From Gammaproteobacteria bacterium (GTDB taxonomy: Bacteria > Pseudomonadota > Gammaproteobacteria > Eutrophobiales > Eutrophobiaceae), in NCBI GenBank assembly GCA_965221695.1, contig OZ244905.1:864001-928000 (forward strand): a stretch of DNA of 64,000 nucleotides. The letters are read 5' to 3'. Below the pieces are notes generated by a model, which made no database searches, was not told the origin of the DNA, and saw only the letters and a program-made list of their open reading frames with translations. Position numbers and translations under genes: made by a program. Positions within the stretch are counted from its first letter, which is position 1. Every line of letters starts with the position of its first letter. Below, piece after piece: positions 42,472 through 53,015 of this stretch.

Positions 42472-42575
42472 GCAGAAGAATAGCCTGATTTGGGCCAACA
42501 GTTACATGCAATCGGGACATACAGGGATCTAATCATGCGGGTTTATGACATGTTTCATCCTGTATATCCTGTACA

Positions 42576-43439
42576 TCAATGTGAATTAATGTGTCGTTTA
42601 TCCTCATACGCCATGTACCGAACCTGGGTGCGGCGGATGATGCCGACCTCAGAGACCAGCTCAGGCAATGGAGGAATATTGAAATCCCGTTCCAACAGGG
42701 TCGGAAAGACACCGAAATGTTCGTAGGCCGTCTCCAGCAGTTTCCAGACCGGGTCGATCACGTTGGAACCGTGAGTGTCCACCCGCAGATCCTCAGCCTC
42801 GACATAGTGGCCGGCGATATGGGCGTAAGCAATACGTTCCGCCGGCATTGATTTCAGCCAGGTTTCCGCATCATAGCGGTGGTTGATGCTATTGACGTAA
42901 ATATTGTTGATGTCCAGCAGCAGGTCGCAGTCGGCCTCGACCAGTACGTTGTTGACAAATTCCGTTTCGGTCATTTCCGCGCCGGGCGCTGCATAATAGG
43001 ACACGTTTTCAATGGCCATGCGCCGCCCGACAATCTCCTGGGCGCGCCGGATCCTGGCAGCGGTATAGCGCACCGCTTCCTCCGTAAACGGAATCGGCAT
43101 CAGGTCGTACAGGTGGCCGTCATCCCCGCAATAACTCAGGTGCTCGCTGTAACAACGGACATTGAGTGTATCGAGGAACTGTCTTACTTTATGCAGGAAC
43201 GCCTCATCCAGGGGCGCCGGACCGCCGAGATTCAGCGACAGCCCGTGACAAACCAGTGGTGTCCGTTCGGCTATCTCACGAAAGCTGTGCCCGAAGCGGC
43301 CGCCCACGTCAATCCAGTTCTCCGGCGCCACCTCCATGAAATCAATGCGTGAGGGCCAGTCATCCGAGTCTGCGAGCGAGCGGATGAACGCCCGCCGCAG
43401 ACCCAGACCGGCTCCCTGTACGGAGTAAGCGCCAGGCAT
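42576..43439 (-). CDS. Multinuclear non-heme iron oxidative enzyme (DUF692; HvfB/BufB-like)
   Basis: [52 protein letters not shown]. Confidence 0.95.
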   Translation of the reverse strand: MPGAYSVQGAGLGLRRAFIRSLADSDDWPSRIDFMEVAPENWIDVGGRFGHSFREIAERTPLVCHGLSLNLGGPAPLDEAFLHKVRQFLDTLNVRCYSEHLSYCGDDGHLYDLMPIPFTEEAVRYTAARIRRAQEIVGRRMAIENVSYYAAPGAEMTETEFVNNVLVEADCDLLLDINNIYVNSINHRYDAETWLKSMPAERIAYAHIAGHYVEAEDLRVDTHGSNVIDPVWKLLETAYEHFGVFPTLLERDFNIPPLPELVSEVGIIRRTQVRYMAYEDKRHINSH

Positions 43440-43525
43440 ATCCTTCGATCCCGTATCAGACCGGGAGTTGACCCGGATATGCCTGGATGATCAAGCTCCG
43501 ACGCCAAGCCGGAGCGCGCTGCATG

Positions 43526-43858
43526 TTATGAGTCGCTGCTTTCACCACATTTGCCTTCGCCGCACTTACCCTCGCCTTCTTCCTTATCTTCACCGCACTT
43601 TCCTTCACCGCATTTACCCTCACCTTCTTCCTTGTCTTCACCGCATTTGCCCTCGCCACACTTACCTTCACCGCATTTGCCTTCGCCACACTTACCTTCT
43701 TCGCCGTGTTCGCCGGCAATCATGTAACCGCCCTGTGACAGTTCAGTCATGTTAAATGGGTTCTCAGCAGCATTGGCAACGGGGCTGAGGGAAAGCGACA
43801 CTGCGAAAGTAGTCCCCAACGCAGCCGCTAATGGTTTTAATGTCATCTCTTTGGACAT
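43526..43858 (-). CDS. RiPP precursor with signal peptide and eight EGKCG repeats (HvfA/oxazolin-bufferin type)
   Basis: MSKEMTLKPLAAALG..ANA|AENPF; EGKCG x4, x2, x2 separated by acidic EDKEEG linkers; GGAGG RBS. Confidence 0.92.
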   Translation of the reverse strand: MSKEMTLKPLAAALGTTFAVSLSLSPVANAAENPFNMTELSQGGYMIAGEHGEEGKCGEGKCGEGKCGEGKCGEDKEEGEGKCGEGKCGEDKEEGEGKCGEGKCGESSDS

Positions 43859-44025
43859 CAGTAATACCTCCTGTCTTGGTAATTTTGGAATGTCTACGCC
43901 GCCAGTATCTGCTGCCGCGCACTGGCAGTATAGCATTAAGACAGACCTGCTTTATAAGGAAAAGTTCCTTTTCTATGCTGAGAAACCGTCACGGCGAACG
44001 CGTACTTTGTGATTTACCGTTTCTC

Positions 44026-44105
44026 CCGGGAGCGCGGGTGCCTCGTTCACGTCAGACTGGCAGGCTGGCGCCCGCATGCGGGCGAGACGCCCGCGCTCCC
44101 GGGGA
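44026..44105. repeat. Family 2 REP-like inverted pair
   Basis: CCCCGGGAGCGCGGG ... CCCGCGCTCCCGGGG. Confidence 0.7.
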
Positions 44106-44189
44106 AATAAGTGACCGATTTACAGTGCTTAAACGGCAAAGCGGGAACCGGGTTTCAGCGTATGCGGTTGCCCTGACCGTCAGCGATTA

Positions 44190-45674
44190 TCATTTTTTCC
44201 GTAACTGTGGAAACAGGATCACGTCGCGGATGGATGCCGAATCGGTCAGCAGCATTACCAGCCGGTCTATGCCTATGCCCTCGCCGGCCGCGGGCGGCAT
44301 GCCATACTCCAGCGCCATGATGTAATCGGCGTCGTAATGCATGGCTTCTTCATCACCGGCGGCTTTCTCTTCGACCTGCTGATGAAAGCGCGCAGCCTGA
44401 TCTTCGGGGTCGTTCAACTCGGAAAACCCGTTGGCAATCTCGCGACCGCCGATAAACAGTTCAAACCGGTCCGCCAGGTCGGGTTGCAAGTCATTGCGCC
44501 TGGACAAGGGCGACACTTCGATCGGATAACCAGTGATGAACGTAGGCTGCCTGAGTTTTGCCTCCACGGTCTTCTCGAAGATTTCAACCAGCAATTTGCC
44601 GGTGCCGTAACCCTGTTTTACCTCCACGCCCAGACCGGACGCTATACCGCGCAGCCTGTCCAGGTCTTCGAGGTCACCAGCAGACAAATCCGGGTTATGG
44701 GCAAGAACGGCATCGCGCACGCTCATACGCTGAAAATCACGGCTGAAATCGCAGGTCTCCCCCTGGTATTCGAATACGCTGTCTCCTGTTACTTCGCGGG
44801 CCAGGGAACGCAGCAGATCCTCCGTCAACGCCATCAGGTCCTCGTAGCCGGCGTAGGCCCAGTAAAACTCCAGCATCGTGAACTCGGGATTGTGCTGCAG
44901 CGACAGTCCTTCATTGCGGAAATTCCTGTTGATCTCAAACACCTTCTCAAAACCGCCGACCACCAGTCTTTTCAGGTACAACTCCGGCGCGATGCGCAGG
45001 TACAAGTCCATATCCAGGGAATTGTGGTGAGTGATAAATGGCCGGGCCGCAGCGCCGCCGGGAATTGACTGCATCATTGGCGTTTCCACTTCCAGGAAAC
45101 CCTTGTCGCCCAGGTAAGCGCGGATATGGTTGATCACCTTGCTGCGGACCTGGAACGTCTGTCTGGTCGTTTCATTGGCAATCAAATCCAGGTAGCGGCG
45201 ACGATATCGGGTTTCCTGGTCCGACAGGCCATGGAACTTTTCCGGCAGGGGGCGCAAGGACTTGGCCAGCAGCCTGATGAAGTCGGCCTGGATCGACAAC
45301 TCTCCGGTTTTCGTCCTGAATACAGTCCCGGTCACGCCGATGATATCGCCGACATCCCATTTTTTGAATGCGGCATAATCCCCGTCCGGCAGGGCATCGC
45401 GCCGGATAAAAAGCTGGACCTGACCGGACATGTCGCGAATATGGGCAAACGCCACCTTGCCCATGACCCGTCGGCTCATCAGCCTGCCGGCAAGGCTGAA
45501 CGTTGCGGTTTCTGCCTCCAGCTCTTCCCGCTCCTTTTCACCGTAATGGTTGTGCAGCTCAGAAGCCAGGATATTACGCCTGAAATCATTGGGATAGGCA
45601 TTCCCGGCTGCGCGCAATTCCTCCAGTTGCGCGCGCCGCTGCCTGATTACCTCATTGTCGTCTTTTATCTGCAT
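44190..45674 (-). CDS. lysS: Lysine-tRNA ligase
   Basis: [24 protein letters not shown]. Confidence 0.97.
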   Translation of the reverse strand: MQIKDDNEVIRQRRAQLEELRAAGNAYPNDFRRNILASELHNHYGEKEREELEAETATFSLAGRLMSRRVMGKVAFAHIRDMSGQVQLFIRRDALPDGDYAAFKKWDVGDIIGVTGTVFRTKTGELSIQADFIRLLAKSLRPLPEKFHGLSDQETRYRRRYLDLIANETTRQTFQVRSKVINHIRAYLGDKGFLEVETPMMQSIPGGAAARPFITHHNSLDMDLYLRIAPELYLKRLVVGGFEKVFEINRNFRNEGLSLQHNPEFTMLEFYWAYAGYEDLMALTEDLLRSLAREVTGDSVFEYQGETCDFSRDFQRMSVRDAVLAHNPDLSAGDLEDLDRLRGIASGLGVEVKQGYGTGKLLVEIFEKTVEAKLRQPTFITGYPIEVSPLSRRNDLQPDLADRFELFIGGREIANGFSELNDPEDQAARFHQQVEEKAAGDEEAMHYDADYIMALEYGMPPAAGEGIGIDRLVMLLTDSASIRDVILFPQLRKK

Positions 45675-46776
45675 CTAAGTCACCCCGCCCTTGAGACTGG
45701 CCTCCATGAACCGGTCCAGGTCGCCATCCAGGACAGCCTGGGTATTGCCGGTCTCCACACCGGTGCGCAAGTCCTTGATCCTGGATTGGTCTAGCACATA
45801 GGAGCGGATCTGGTTGCCCCAGCCGATGTCGACCTTGGTTTCCTCAAGGGCTTTCTGCTCCGCCATGCGCTTTTGCAGTTCCAACTCATACAACTTGGCG
45901 CGTAACTGTTTCATGGCCTGGTCCCGGTTCTTGTGTTGCGAGCGGTCATTCTGGCACTGCACGACGATACCCGTGGGGATATGGGTCAACCTTACCGCCG
46001 AATCGGTCTTGTTCACATGCTGCCCCCCGGCGCCGCTTGCTCGGTAGGTATCCACGCGCAGTTCGGAAGTGTCGATATCCACTTCTATATTGTCATCGAT
46101 TTCCGGCGCCACGAACACTGAGGCGAACGAAGTATGGCGCCGGTTACCGGAATCAAACGGCGATTTTCTTACCAGCCTGTGCACCCCGGTCTCCGTACGC
46201 AACCAACCATACGCATAATCTCCCTCATACTTTACCGTGGCGCTCTTGATGCCGGCCACTTCCGCGGGCGACACCTCGATTAACTCGGTGGAAAAACCCC
46301 GTTGCTCGCCCCAGCGCAGGTACATGCGCAGCAGCATTTCCGCCCAATCCTGGGCTTCAGTGCCGCCGGAACCTGACTGGATATCGAGAAACGCATTGTT
46401 CGGGTCCATCTCCCCGGAAAACATGCGGCGGAATTCCATCTCTTTGATCTGCGCGGTGAATTTATCCAGGTCAGCCACGGCCTCGTCCGCGGCATCGGCA
46501 TCGTCTTCCTGCCTCGCAAGTTCCAGCAGTAATTCGACATCGCCGATACCCTGACCCAGGGTCTCTATCGTCTCGATTGTTTTTTCCAGCAGCGCCCGCT
46601 CTTTGCCCAGCGCCTGGGCGCGCGCCGGATCGCTCCAGATATCCGGCTGTTCAAGTTCCTGCCTGACTTCATTCAGGCGTTTTACCTTGACCTCAAAGTC
46701 AAAGATACCTCCTCAGGGCTTCGATTCGTCCCTGGCAGTCTTTGATACGGGCGGTGATTGATGAAAGTTCCAGCAT
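45675..46776 (-). CDS. prfB: Peptide chain release factor 2 with programmed +1 frameshift
   Basis: [25 protein letters not shown] then AGGAGG-TAT-CTT-TGA-C; SPF and GGQ motifs. Confidence 0.96.
46698..46713 (-). promoter_or_regulatory. prfB +1 frameshift site with internal Shine-Dalgarno
   Basis: AGGAGGTATCTTTGAC on the minus strand. Confidence 0.93.
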
Positions 46777-46957
46777 GTCGGTTTCCTTGGTTTGTTTCAG
46801 TATCCGGATTTTGGGAACAGATTCTACGACATCCGGGGACAGAGTAAAATCGCAATTTGCGCAAATATCTGCCAGTCAGATATTGCCGGGTATCCACCAT
46901 TCCCGTAATGGAACCGGAAGTGTGTGAGCAGACCTTCCTAATAAGGAATTTTTTGCC

Positions 46958-47168
46958 TACTGGACTCCCACTTCCGTGGGAGTGGTACGGTGACGGTACT
47001 CACGCAAGCGCCCCCACCCCATTCCCGTGAAAACGGGAATCCAGTGAGAAAATGGGTCGCCCTTTGGGCGACACAGTATTCCACAGGACTCCCGCTTCCG
47101 CGGGAGTGGTACGGTGACGGTGTTCACTGAAACACCCCCTCCCCATTCCCGTGAAAGCGGGAATCCAG
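46958..47168. repeat. Family 1 REP/BIME-like array
   Basis: Alternating GACTCCC..GGGAGTGG and ATTCCC-N8-GGGAAT palindromes with conserved TACGGTGACGGT linkers. Confidence 0.85.
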
Positions 47169-47188
47169 TAAGCAACTCTTCCTTATAT

Positions 47189-48910
47189 TCAGTTACGGTG
47201 GATATGCTGCACGATGAGTTGTGGCGTTTGTTCACCGTTGTAATCGTTGATAGCCAGGCGATAGACGATGCGCTGGGTCGGCGCAGAGCTATCGATAGCC
47301 TCCGGGTCTGTATTGAACGATATCGCGTCAACAGGGCGCTGTGCGCCGTCTGCAAGCAGCTTCAGTTTCAGGTGCCGTTCGGCAACAGTTTTTACATCGA
47401 CAACCGTGAAATCATCATCAAACAAGGGTTCGGGAAAGCCCTGCCCCCAGGGTCCGCCGGTTTCGATCTCCCCGGCAAGATCGAGGCTGATCTCGGCGGC
47501 CGCCAGCTTACCGTCCGTTAACAGTTCCGCCGCGGGTATGCGCCCGCCGGTAAGACTCCTGAGTTGCGCGTCAAACAGTTGCTTGAACTGCGCATAATCA
47601 TTTTCCATGATGCTGAGGCCGGCGGCCATCGCATGACCGCCGAAGCCTTTCATCAACTGCGGATGTTGCGCGGCCAGCGCCTCCAGGACATCTTTCAGGT
47701 GAATATCGGGTATGGACCGCCCGGAGCCTTTCAACAGTCCTGCGCCGGCGGGCGCGAACACAATCACCGGGCGGTTTACCGTCTCTTTTAACCTGCCTGC
47801 CAGGATGCCGATAATGCCCTGGTGCCAATCCGGGTCATACAGACACAGTCCAAACGGCAACTCAGCCTGGTCCAGTCCGGTGATTGCGCGCAGGTGGGCG
47901 CCGGCTTGTTCCTGCATCTCAGCCTGAACATGCTTTCTCTCGCGGTTGAATTTGTCCAGTTGCAGCGCCAGGTTAACCCCATCGGAAAAATTGTCCGTGA
48001 GCAAGCACTCTATGCCCAGGCTCATGTCGGCCATACGGCCGGCCGCATTCAGCCTTGGCCCCAGCGCAAACCCGAGGTCTGCGGAAGTCATCTTTTCTGG
48101 CTCTCTGCCGGCGATTCGGATCAAGGCCAACACACCCTGGGAACAACGGCGCGCGCGGATGCGTCTCAAACCCTGCCCGACCAGGATACGGTTATTGAAA
48201 TCCATTTCCACCACATCGGCAACGGTGCCCAGCGCCACCAGGTCGAGCAAAGGCGCGAGGTTCGGCGCCTCCGTTCCCTGCTGTTCAAACCAATTCGCAT
48301 TCCTCAGACCGGCCCGGACTGCCAGCAACACGTAAAACATCACGCCGACCCCGGCGATACATTTGCTCGGAAATTGATCACCCGGCTGTTTCGGGTTAAC
48401 GATCACATTGGCCGCAGGAAGTTGTTTGCCCGGCACATGATGATCGGTGATCAATACGTCGACCCCGGCGCTGCGGGCAAAGTCAACGCCGGCAAGACTG
48501 GAAATGCCGTTATCCACAGTTACCAGCAGGTCGGGTTCAAACTCCAGGGCCTGGCGCGCCACATCGACACTCAGACCATAACCCTGTTTTACCCGGTCCG
48601 GGACCATGTACATGGCCTGCCTGGCGCCGAGCATCGACAGGCCGCGCAAGGCCACGGCACAGGCGGTGGCGCCGTCCGCATCGTAGTCTGCGACGATGAG
48701 TATGCGCTTGTTGGCGCATAGCGCATCGATCAGCAATGCGGCAGCCGCATCGATATTTTTCAGCTTGTCAAACGGCAGCAGGTTGGTCAGCGAATAATCC
48801 AGTTCCCGGTACGAGGAAATATTGCGCCCGGCATACACGCGCCGCATCACCGGATGCATGGAATCCGGCAGGTCGCACTCGGAAGGAACTGTGCGGCGGG
48901 TAATATCCAT
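47189..48910 (-). CDS. recJ: ssDNA exonuclease RecJ
   Basis: DYDADG, TVDNG, TDHH, PRLNAAGR, GGHAMAAG. Confidence 0.96.
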   Translation of the reverse strand: MDITRRTVPSECDLPDSMHPVMRRVYAGRNISSYRELDYSLTNLLPFDKLKNIDAAAALLIDALCANKRILIVADYDADGATACAVALRGLSMLGARQAMYMVPDRVKQGYGLSVDVARQALEFEPDLLVTVDNGISSLAGVDFARSAGVDVLITDHHVPGKQLPAANVIVNPKQPGDQFPSKCIAGVGVMFYVLLAVRAGLRNANWFEQQGTEAPNLAPLLDLVALGTVADVVEMDFNNRILVGQGLRRIRARRCSQGVLALIRIAGREPEKMTSADLGFALGPRLNAAGRMADMSLGIECLLTDNFSDGVNLALQLDKFNRERKHVQAEMQEQAGAHLRAITGLDQAELPFGLCLYDPDWHQGIIGILAGRLKETVNRPVIVFAPAGAGLLKGSGRSIPDIHLKDVLEALAAQHPQLMKGFGGHAMAAGLSIMENDYAQFKQLFDAQLRSLTGGRIPAAELLTDGKLAAAEISLDLAGEIETGGPWGQGFPEPLFDDDFTVVDVKTVAERHLKLKLLADGAQRPVDAISFNTDPEAIDSSAPTQRIVYRLAINDYNGEQTPQLIVQHIHRN

Positions 48911-50026
48911 TCAGCGATCGGCGAGAATGACCCGTTTTACTGCGTCCAGGTCGGCGGGTACCTTTTGCACCGGGGCAACGCTATGGCGCATTGCAGTGTC
49001 CGGGTCTTTCAGACCATGCCCGGTCAGGGTGCATACCACTGTGCTCCGTTCCGGTATGTTACCTTTTTCGATGTCTAGCAGCGCGCCTGCGATCGAGACT
49101 GCGGAAGCCGGCTCACAAAATATGCCTTCCCTGGCAGCCAGCAACGCTTGCGCGGCGAGGATTTCCGCATCGCTGAACTCGTTGAACCAGCCACCGGATT
49201 CTTTGCTCGCAGCCCAGGCCAAGTGCCATGATTGCGGCCTGCCGATGCGTATCGCAGTGGCGATGGTTTCGGGTTCCGTCACCGGTTCGCCCCGCAGAAA
49301 CGGCGCCGCGCCGGACGCCTGGTAACCCAGCATGCGCGGACGCGTGTCCACCACCGGCTCAGCATTGTACGCACATTGGCCGTCACAGAAATTGCAGGAA
49401 CCGGGGGTAATGCCGGCATATTCGCTGTAGCCGGTCCAGTAAGCGGAGATATTCCCGGCATTGCCTACGGGCAGGCAATGAAAATCCGGCGCCTTGCCCA
49501 GCGCATCGACAATCTCGAACGCGGCGGTTTTCTGGCCCTGCAGACGGTATGGATTGACCGAGTTCACCAGGGTGATGGGCGCTTCAGCAGCGATCTGTTT
49601 CACCAACCGCATGCCGTCGTCAAAATTACCCTGCACCTGGATGACCACGGCCCCATGGATCATCGCCTGGGCCAGTTTGCCCATCGCGATCTTGCCGTCC
49701 GGGATCAGGACGTAACAGGCGATGCCGGCCCTGGCCGCGTACGCGGCTGCGGAAGCCGAAGTATTGCCGGTGGACGCGCACAGTACCGCCTGCGAACCCT
49801 GGTTCACGGCTTCGGTAATGGCCATGGTCATGCCCCGGTCCTTGAAAGAACCGGTCGGGTTCAAGCCTTCGTATTTCACGTAAAGTTCGATAGCCCGATC
49901 ATTGGCCGCAGGAATATTTTCCAGCCGAATCAACGGGGTATTGCCCTCGCCCAGGGTGATGATACGGGCATCACCGGCCACCGGCAGCCGCGCACGATAC
50001 CGCTCAATCAATCCCGAATAGCTCAT
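48911..50026 (-). CDS. thrC: Threonine synthase
   Basis: [32 protein letters not shown]. Confidence 0.95.
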   Translation of the reverse strand: MSYSGLIERYRARLPVAGDARIITLGEGNTPLIRLENIPAANDRAIELYVKYEGLNPTGSFKDRGMTMAITEAVNQGSQAVLCASTGNTSASAAAYAARAGIACYVLIPDGKIAMGKLAQAMIHGAVVIQVQGNFDDGMRLVKQIAAEAPITLVNSVNPYRLQGQKTAAFEIVDALGKAPDFHCLPVGNAGNISAYWTGYSEYAGITPGSCNFCDGQCAYNAEPVVDTRPRMLGYQASGAAPFLRGEPVTEPETIATAIRIGRPQSWHLAWAASKESGGWFNEFSDAEILAAQALLAAREGIFCEPASAVSIAGALLDIEKGNIPERSTVVCTLTGHGLKDPDTAMRHSVAPVQKVPADLDAVKRVILADR

Positions 50027-50040
50027 TGCAACCAGCCCGG

Positions 50041-51354
50041 CTAGTTCAGGGTCTCCACCCGAATCCGGTGCACCTTGCCATTAATCGTATCCAAAGCCTC
50101 GATTTGGCTGATAGCTTTGTTCATGTTGCGCTCTTGTACCCGCTGGGTCAGCATGATCACGGTAACATGGCCGGCGTCGGGCTCAGGTTCCTTTTGGATT
50201 ATCGCCTCTATGCTGATGCCCAAATCGCCCAGGATCGCGGTCACCGAGGACAATACGCCGGGCTGGTCCAGCGCTCGCATGCGCAGGTAATACGCCGTGT
50301 GGACCTCTTCCATATCCAGCACGGGCAGGTCGGACAGCGCGCCCGGCTGAAACGCCAGGTGCGGCACGCGGTTCTCCGGATCGGTAGTCAGGGCGCGCAC
50401 CACGTCTATCACGTCTGCCACGACAGAGGATGCGGTCGGCAGCGAACCCGCCCCGGCACCGTAATACAGGGTCGGCCCTACGGCATCGCCCTGTACCAGT
50501 ACGGCGTTCATCACCCCGTCCACGTTGGCTATCAATCTCCGCGCGGGGATGAGCGTGGGGTGGACTCTGAGTTCTATGCCCGTATCGGTTCGCCGGGTAA
50601 TGCCAAGATGTTTAATCCGGTAGCCCAGTTCATCGGCGCAGGCAACATCCTGTTGTTCTACCCCGCCGATTCCCTCGGTGTAGGTTTTGTCAAACTGCAA
50701 CGGGATGCCGAACGCAATAGAGCCCATGATGGTCAGTTTGTGCGCGGCATCAATGCCTTCCACGTCAAAGGTCGGATCGGCTTCCGCATAACCCAACTGC
50801 TGGGCTTCCTTCAATACCTCGGCGAAATCTCTGCCCTTATCGCGCATCTCGGTCAGGATATAGTTTCCCGTGCCGTTGATAATGCCCGCAGCCCATTCAA
50901 TACGGTTTGCCACCAGGCCCTCACGGATTGCCTTGATAATGGGAATCCCGCCGGCGACGGCCGCCTCGAATGCAACGATCACGCCTTTTTCCCGGGCCGC
51001 GCGGAAAATTTCATTGCCGTGTACGGCAATCATCGCCTTGTTCGCGGTCACCACATGCTTGCCGTTATCAATGGCGCGCAAAACCATTTCCTTTGCCGGA
51101 GAGTAGCCGCCAATCAGTTCGATGATGATTTCGACTTCCGGATCGTCGACCGCGGCAAATCCGTCGTCGGTGATCCGTCCTACCTGGTCCAGTCCGTCAA
51201 TTGCGCCGGCGTCATATTCCTTTGCCGCAGCATGACTGATTACCACATCCCTGCCTGCGCGCCGGGCAATCTCATGGGCGTTCCGCGTCAGGACCGTAAC
51301 CACGCCTCCGCCTACCGTACCCAGGCCAAGCAATCCTATCTTTATCGGTTTCAT
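50041..51354 (-). CDS. hom: Homoserine dehydrogenase with ACT domain
   Basis: [34 protein letters not shown]. Confidence 0.96.
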   Translation of the reverse strand: MKPIKIGLLGLGTVGGGVVTVLTRNAHEIARRAGRDVVISHAAAKEYDAGAIDGLDQVGRITDDGFAAVDDPEVEIIIELIGGYSPAKEMVLRAIDNGKHVVTANKAMIAVHGNEIFRAAREKGVIVAFEAAVAGGIPIIKAIREGLVANRIEWAAGIINGTGNYILTEMRDKGRDFAEVLKEAQQLGYAEADPTFDVEGIDAAHKLTIMGSIAFGIPLQFDKTYTEGIGGVEQQDVACADELGYRIKHLGITRRTDTGIELRVHPTLIPARRLIANVDGVMNAVLVQGDAVGPTLYYGAGAGSLPTASSVVADVIDVVRALTTDPENRVPHLAFQPGALSDLPVLDMEEVHTAYYLRMRALDQPGVLSSVTAILGDLGISIEAIIQKEPEPDAGHVTVIMLTQRVQERNMNKAISQIEALDTINGKVHRIRVETLN

Positions 51355-51373
51355 TACTTTTCTCGTGTTTTCT

Positions 51374-51784
51374 TTACTGGTATTTTTTAGGCAAAACCAT
51401 GAACTTCTCTGTAACGAAGTCCACATCCAGGGCCAGGGCGGTATCCAGACCCAACCTGCGCATCAGGGTAAAGGATGTGCAGTCAGTAAAACTGTAATCC
51501 TGATCAGTTCGCTGACAAAACAAATCCCACGCCAGACGTTCATCCTCGTTGGTCACGCGCGCCATGTCAACTTCATCAGGATTGAGCAACGCGGAACCAA
51601 CCATACAGGCTACATCGTGACCGAGGCGATACAAACACAGAGACACTGTCTCATCGAAAATATAGTTTGTTGTTACCAAACGACCCGGAAACGTGTGCAT
51701 GATTTCACGCACGCGTTCATGTTCTGGATCTTTACGATTGGCATAGGCAAACCAAGCGCTGGTATCTACAAATAAGCGCTTCAT
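51374..51784 (-). CDS. PIN-domain toxin (VapC)
   Basis: FVDTSAW, TNYIFDE, YSFTDCTSF. Confidence 0.9.
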   Translation of the reverse strand: MKRLFVDTSAWFAYANRKDPEHERVREIMHTFPGRLVTTNYIFDETVSLCLYRLGHDVACMVGSALLNPDEVDMARVTNEDERLAWDLFCQRTDQDYSFTDCTSFTLMRRLGLDTALALDVDFVTEKFMVLPKKYQ

Positions 51785-52020
51785 TGCGCCTGGCGCTTCC
51801 CGGCATGCAGATATTTGTCATGTTGCTCGCCATATGCGGCTGCATCTTCACCAATACCGGCAATGGCGTCAAGACCAGCGCGCATGGCAGGGCTGGGAGT
51901 GGCCAATGATGCATCCAAAAGCTCGCGCACCAGCGCGGATAGACTACGTCCCTCACGCTCGGCGCGTCCCCGCAATGCCTCATATTGCCAATCTTCAAGA
52001 AGTAGCTGCGTACGATGCAT
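51781..52020 (-). CDS. RHH/CopG-type antitoxin
   Basis: MHRTQLLL..ALR.RAEREGRSLSALVRE, HDKYL; overlaps the toxin start. Confidence 0.85.
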   Translation of the reverse strand: MHRTQLLLEDWQYEALRGRAEREGRSLSALVRELLDASLATPSPAMRAGLDAIAGIGEDAAAYGEQHDKYLHAGKRQAQ

Positions 52021-52123
52021 ATTTACACATTACATCATACATCGTTATTTTGCAACATCGCAAAAACTTCCAATCAATTTTTCATCAATGTGCATCAGTA
52101 CGAGTTTCACGTATACTTTATTG

Positions 52124-52936
52124 ATGCTTAAAGCAGCTACAATCCAGATGGTTTCCGGCGATAACCTGGAGGCCAACCTGGCGCAGGCCGCCGAACTGGT
52201 CCGGGAGGCCGCGGGCCAGGGCGCACAGTTTGCGCTGCTGCCGGAATATTTCCCCATTATGAGCGATGATGAGGCGGCGAAAATCCGTATCGGGGAGACG
52301 CCCGGCAATGGCCCTATACAGGATTTCCTTGCCGAGCAGGCCCGGAGCAACCGGCTCTGGCTGATGGCGGGCACGTTTTCACTGCAAAGCGATGACGCTG
52401 CGCGCGTGTACAACACCTGTTTGCTGTATAGTCCGGATGGCGCCGGCGCTTATCGCTACGACAAGATGCACTTGTTCGATGTGCAAGTGGGGGACGAGGA
52501 CAAGGAGGTTTACAATGAATCCAACACCATTGTTCCAGGCCGTAATTCAGTGGTCGCGGATACGCCGTTAGGCAGGATCGGAATGAGCGTCTGCTATGAC
52601 CTGCGTTTTCCCGAACTGTATCGCGAACTTTCCGCGCAACAAGCGGAAATGATCACCGTCCCCGCCGCGTTCACGTACGCAACGGGGAAGCGCCACTGGG
52701 AACTGTTTTTACGCGCCCGCGCCGTGGAAAACCTGTGCTATGTCATCGCCTCCAACCAGGGCGGACAGAACACGGAGACCCGGCGCACCTGGGGGCACAG
52801 CATGATTATCGACCCATGGGGCGACATATTATGCAGCCTGGAGGAAGGGCCGGGCGTTGCCTGCGCCAATATCGACCTGCGCAGGCTGCATGAACTGAGA
52901 CAGTCGTTCCCGGCGCTGGAGCACCGCGTATTATGA
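52124..52936 (+). CDS. Carbon-nitrogen hydrolase (Nit1/deaminated-glutathione amidase type)
   Basis: LLPEYF, YDKMHLFD, VCYDLRFPE; usual position before tldD. Confidence 0.9.
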   Translation: MLKAATIQMVSGDNLEANLAQAAELVREAAGQGAQFALLPEYFPIMSDDEAAKIRIGETPGNGPIQDFLAEQARSNRLWLMAGTFSLQSDDAARVYNTCLLYSPDGAGAYRYDKMHLFDVQVGDEDKEVYNESNTIVPGRNSVVADTPLGRIGMSVCYDLRFPELYRELSAQQAEMITVPAAFTYATGKRHWELFLRARAVENLCYVIASNQGGQNTETRRTWGHSMIIDPWGDILCSLEEGPGVACANIDLRRLHELRQSFPALEHRVL

Positions 52937-53015
52937 GACAACAACAGCCCGGATACAGCGCCAGTGGAAGCGTAGCCTGTAACGGCACAAAAGTGAAAAT
53001 GAGCCCTATAACTCT

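Noticed and set aside
46478-46776. prfB as truncated or a pseudogene
   Set aside because: Canonical programmed frameshift; well known, not novel
46958-47168. Repeat arrays as CRISPR
   Set aside because: Units alternate in orientation, linkers are conserved rather than unique, arrays have only 2-4 units, and there are no cas genes
50026-51390. Long antisense ORFs (also 53061-54389, 17135-18193, 12089-13060) and the same-strand alternate frame 22124-23227
   Set aside because: Shadows of well-supported genes in GC-rich DNA, with no recognisable motifs
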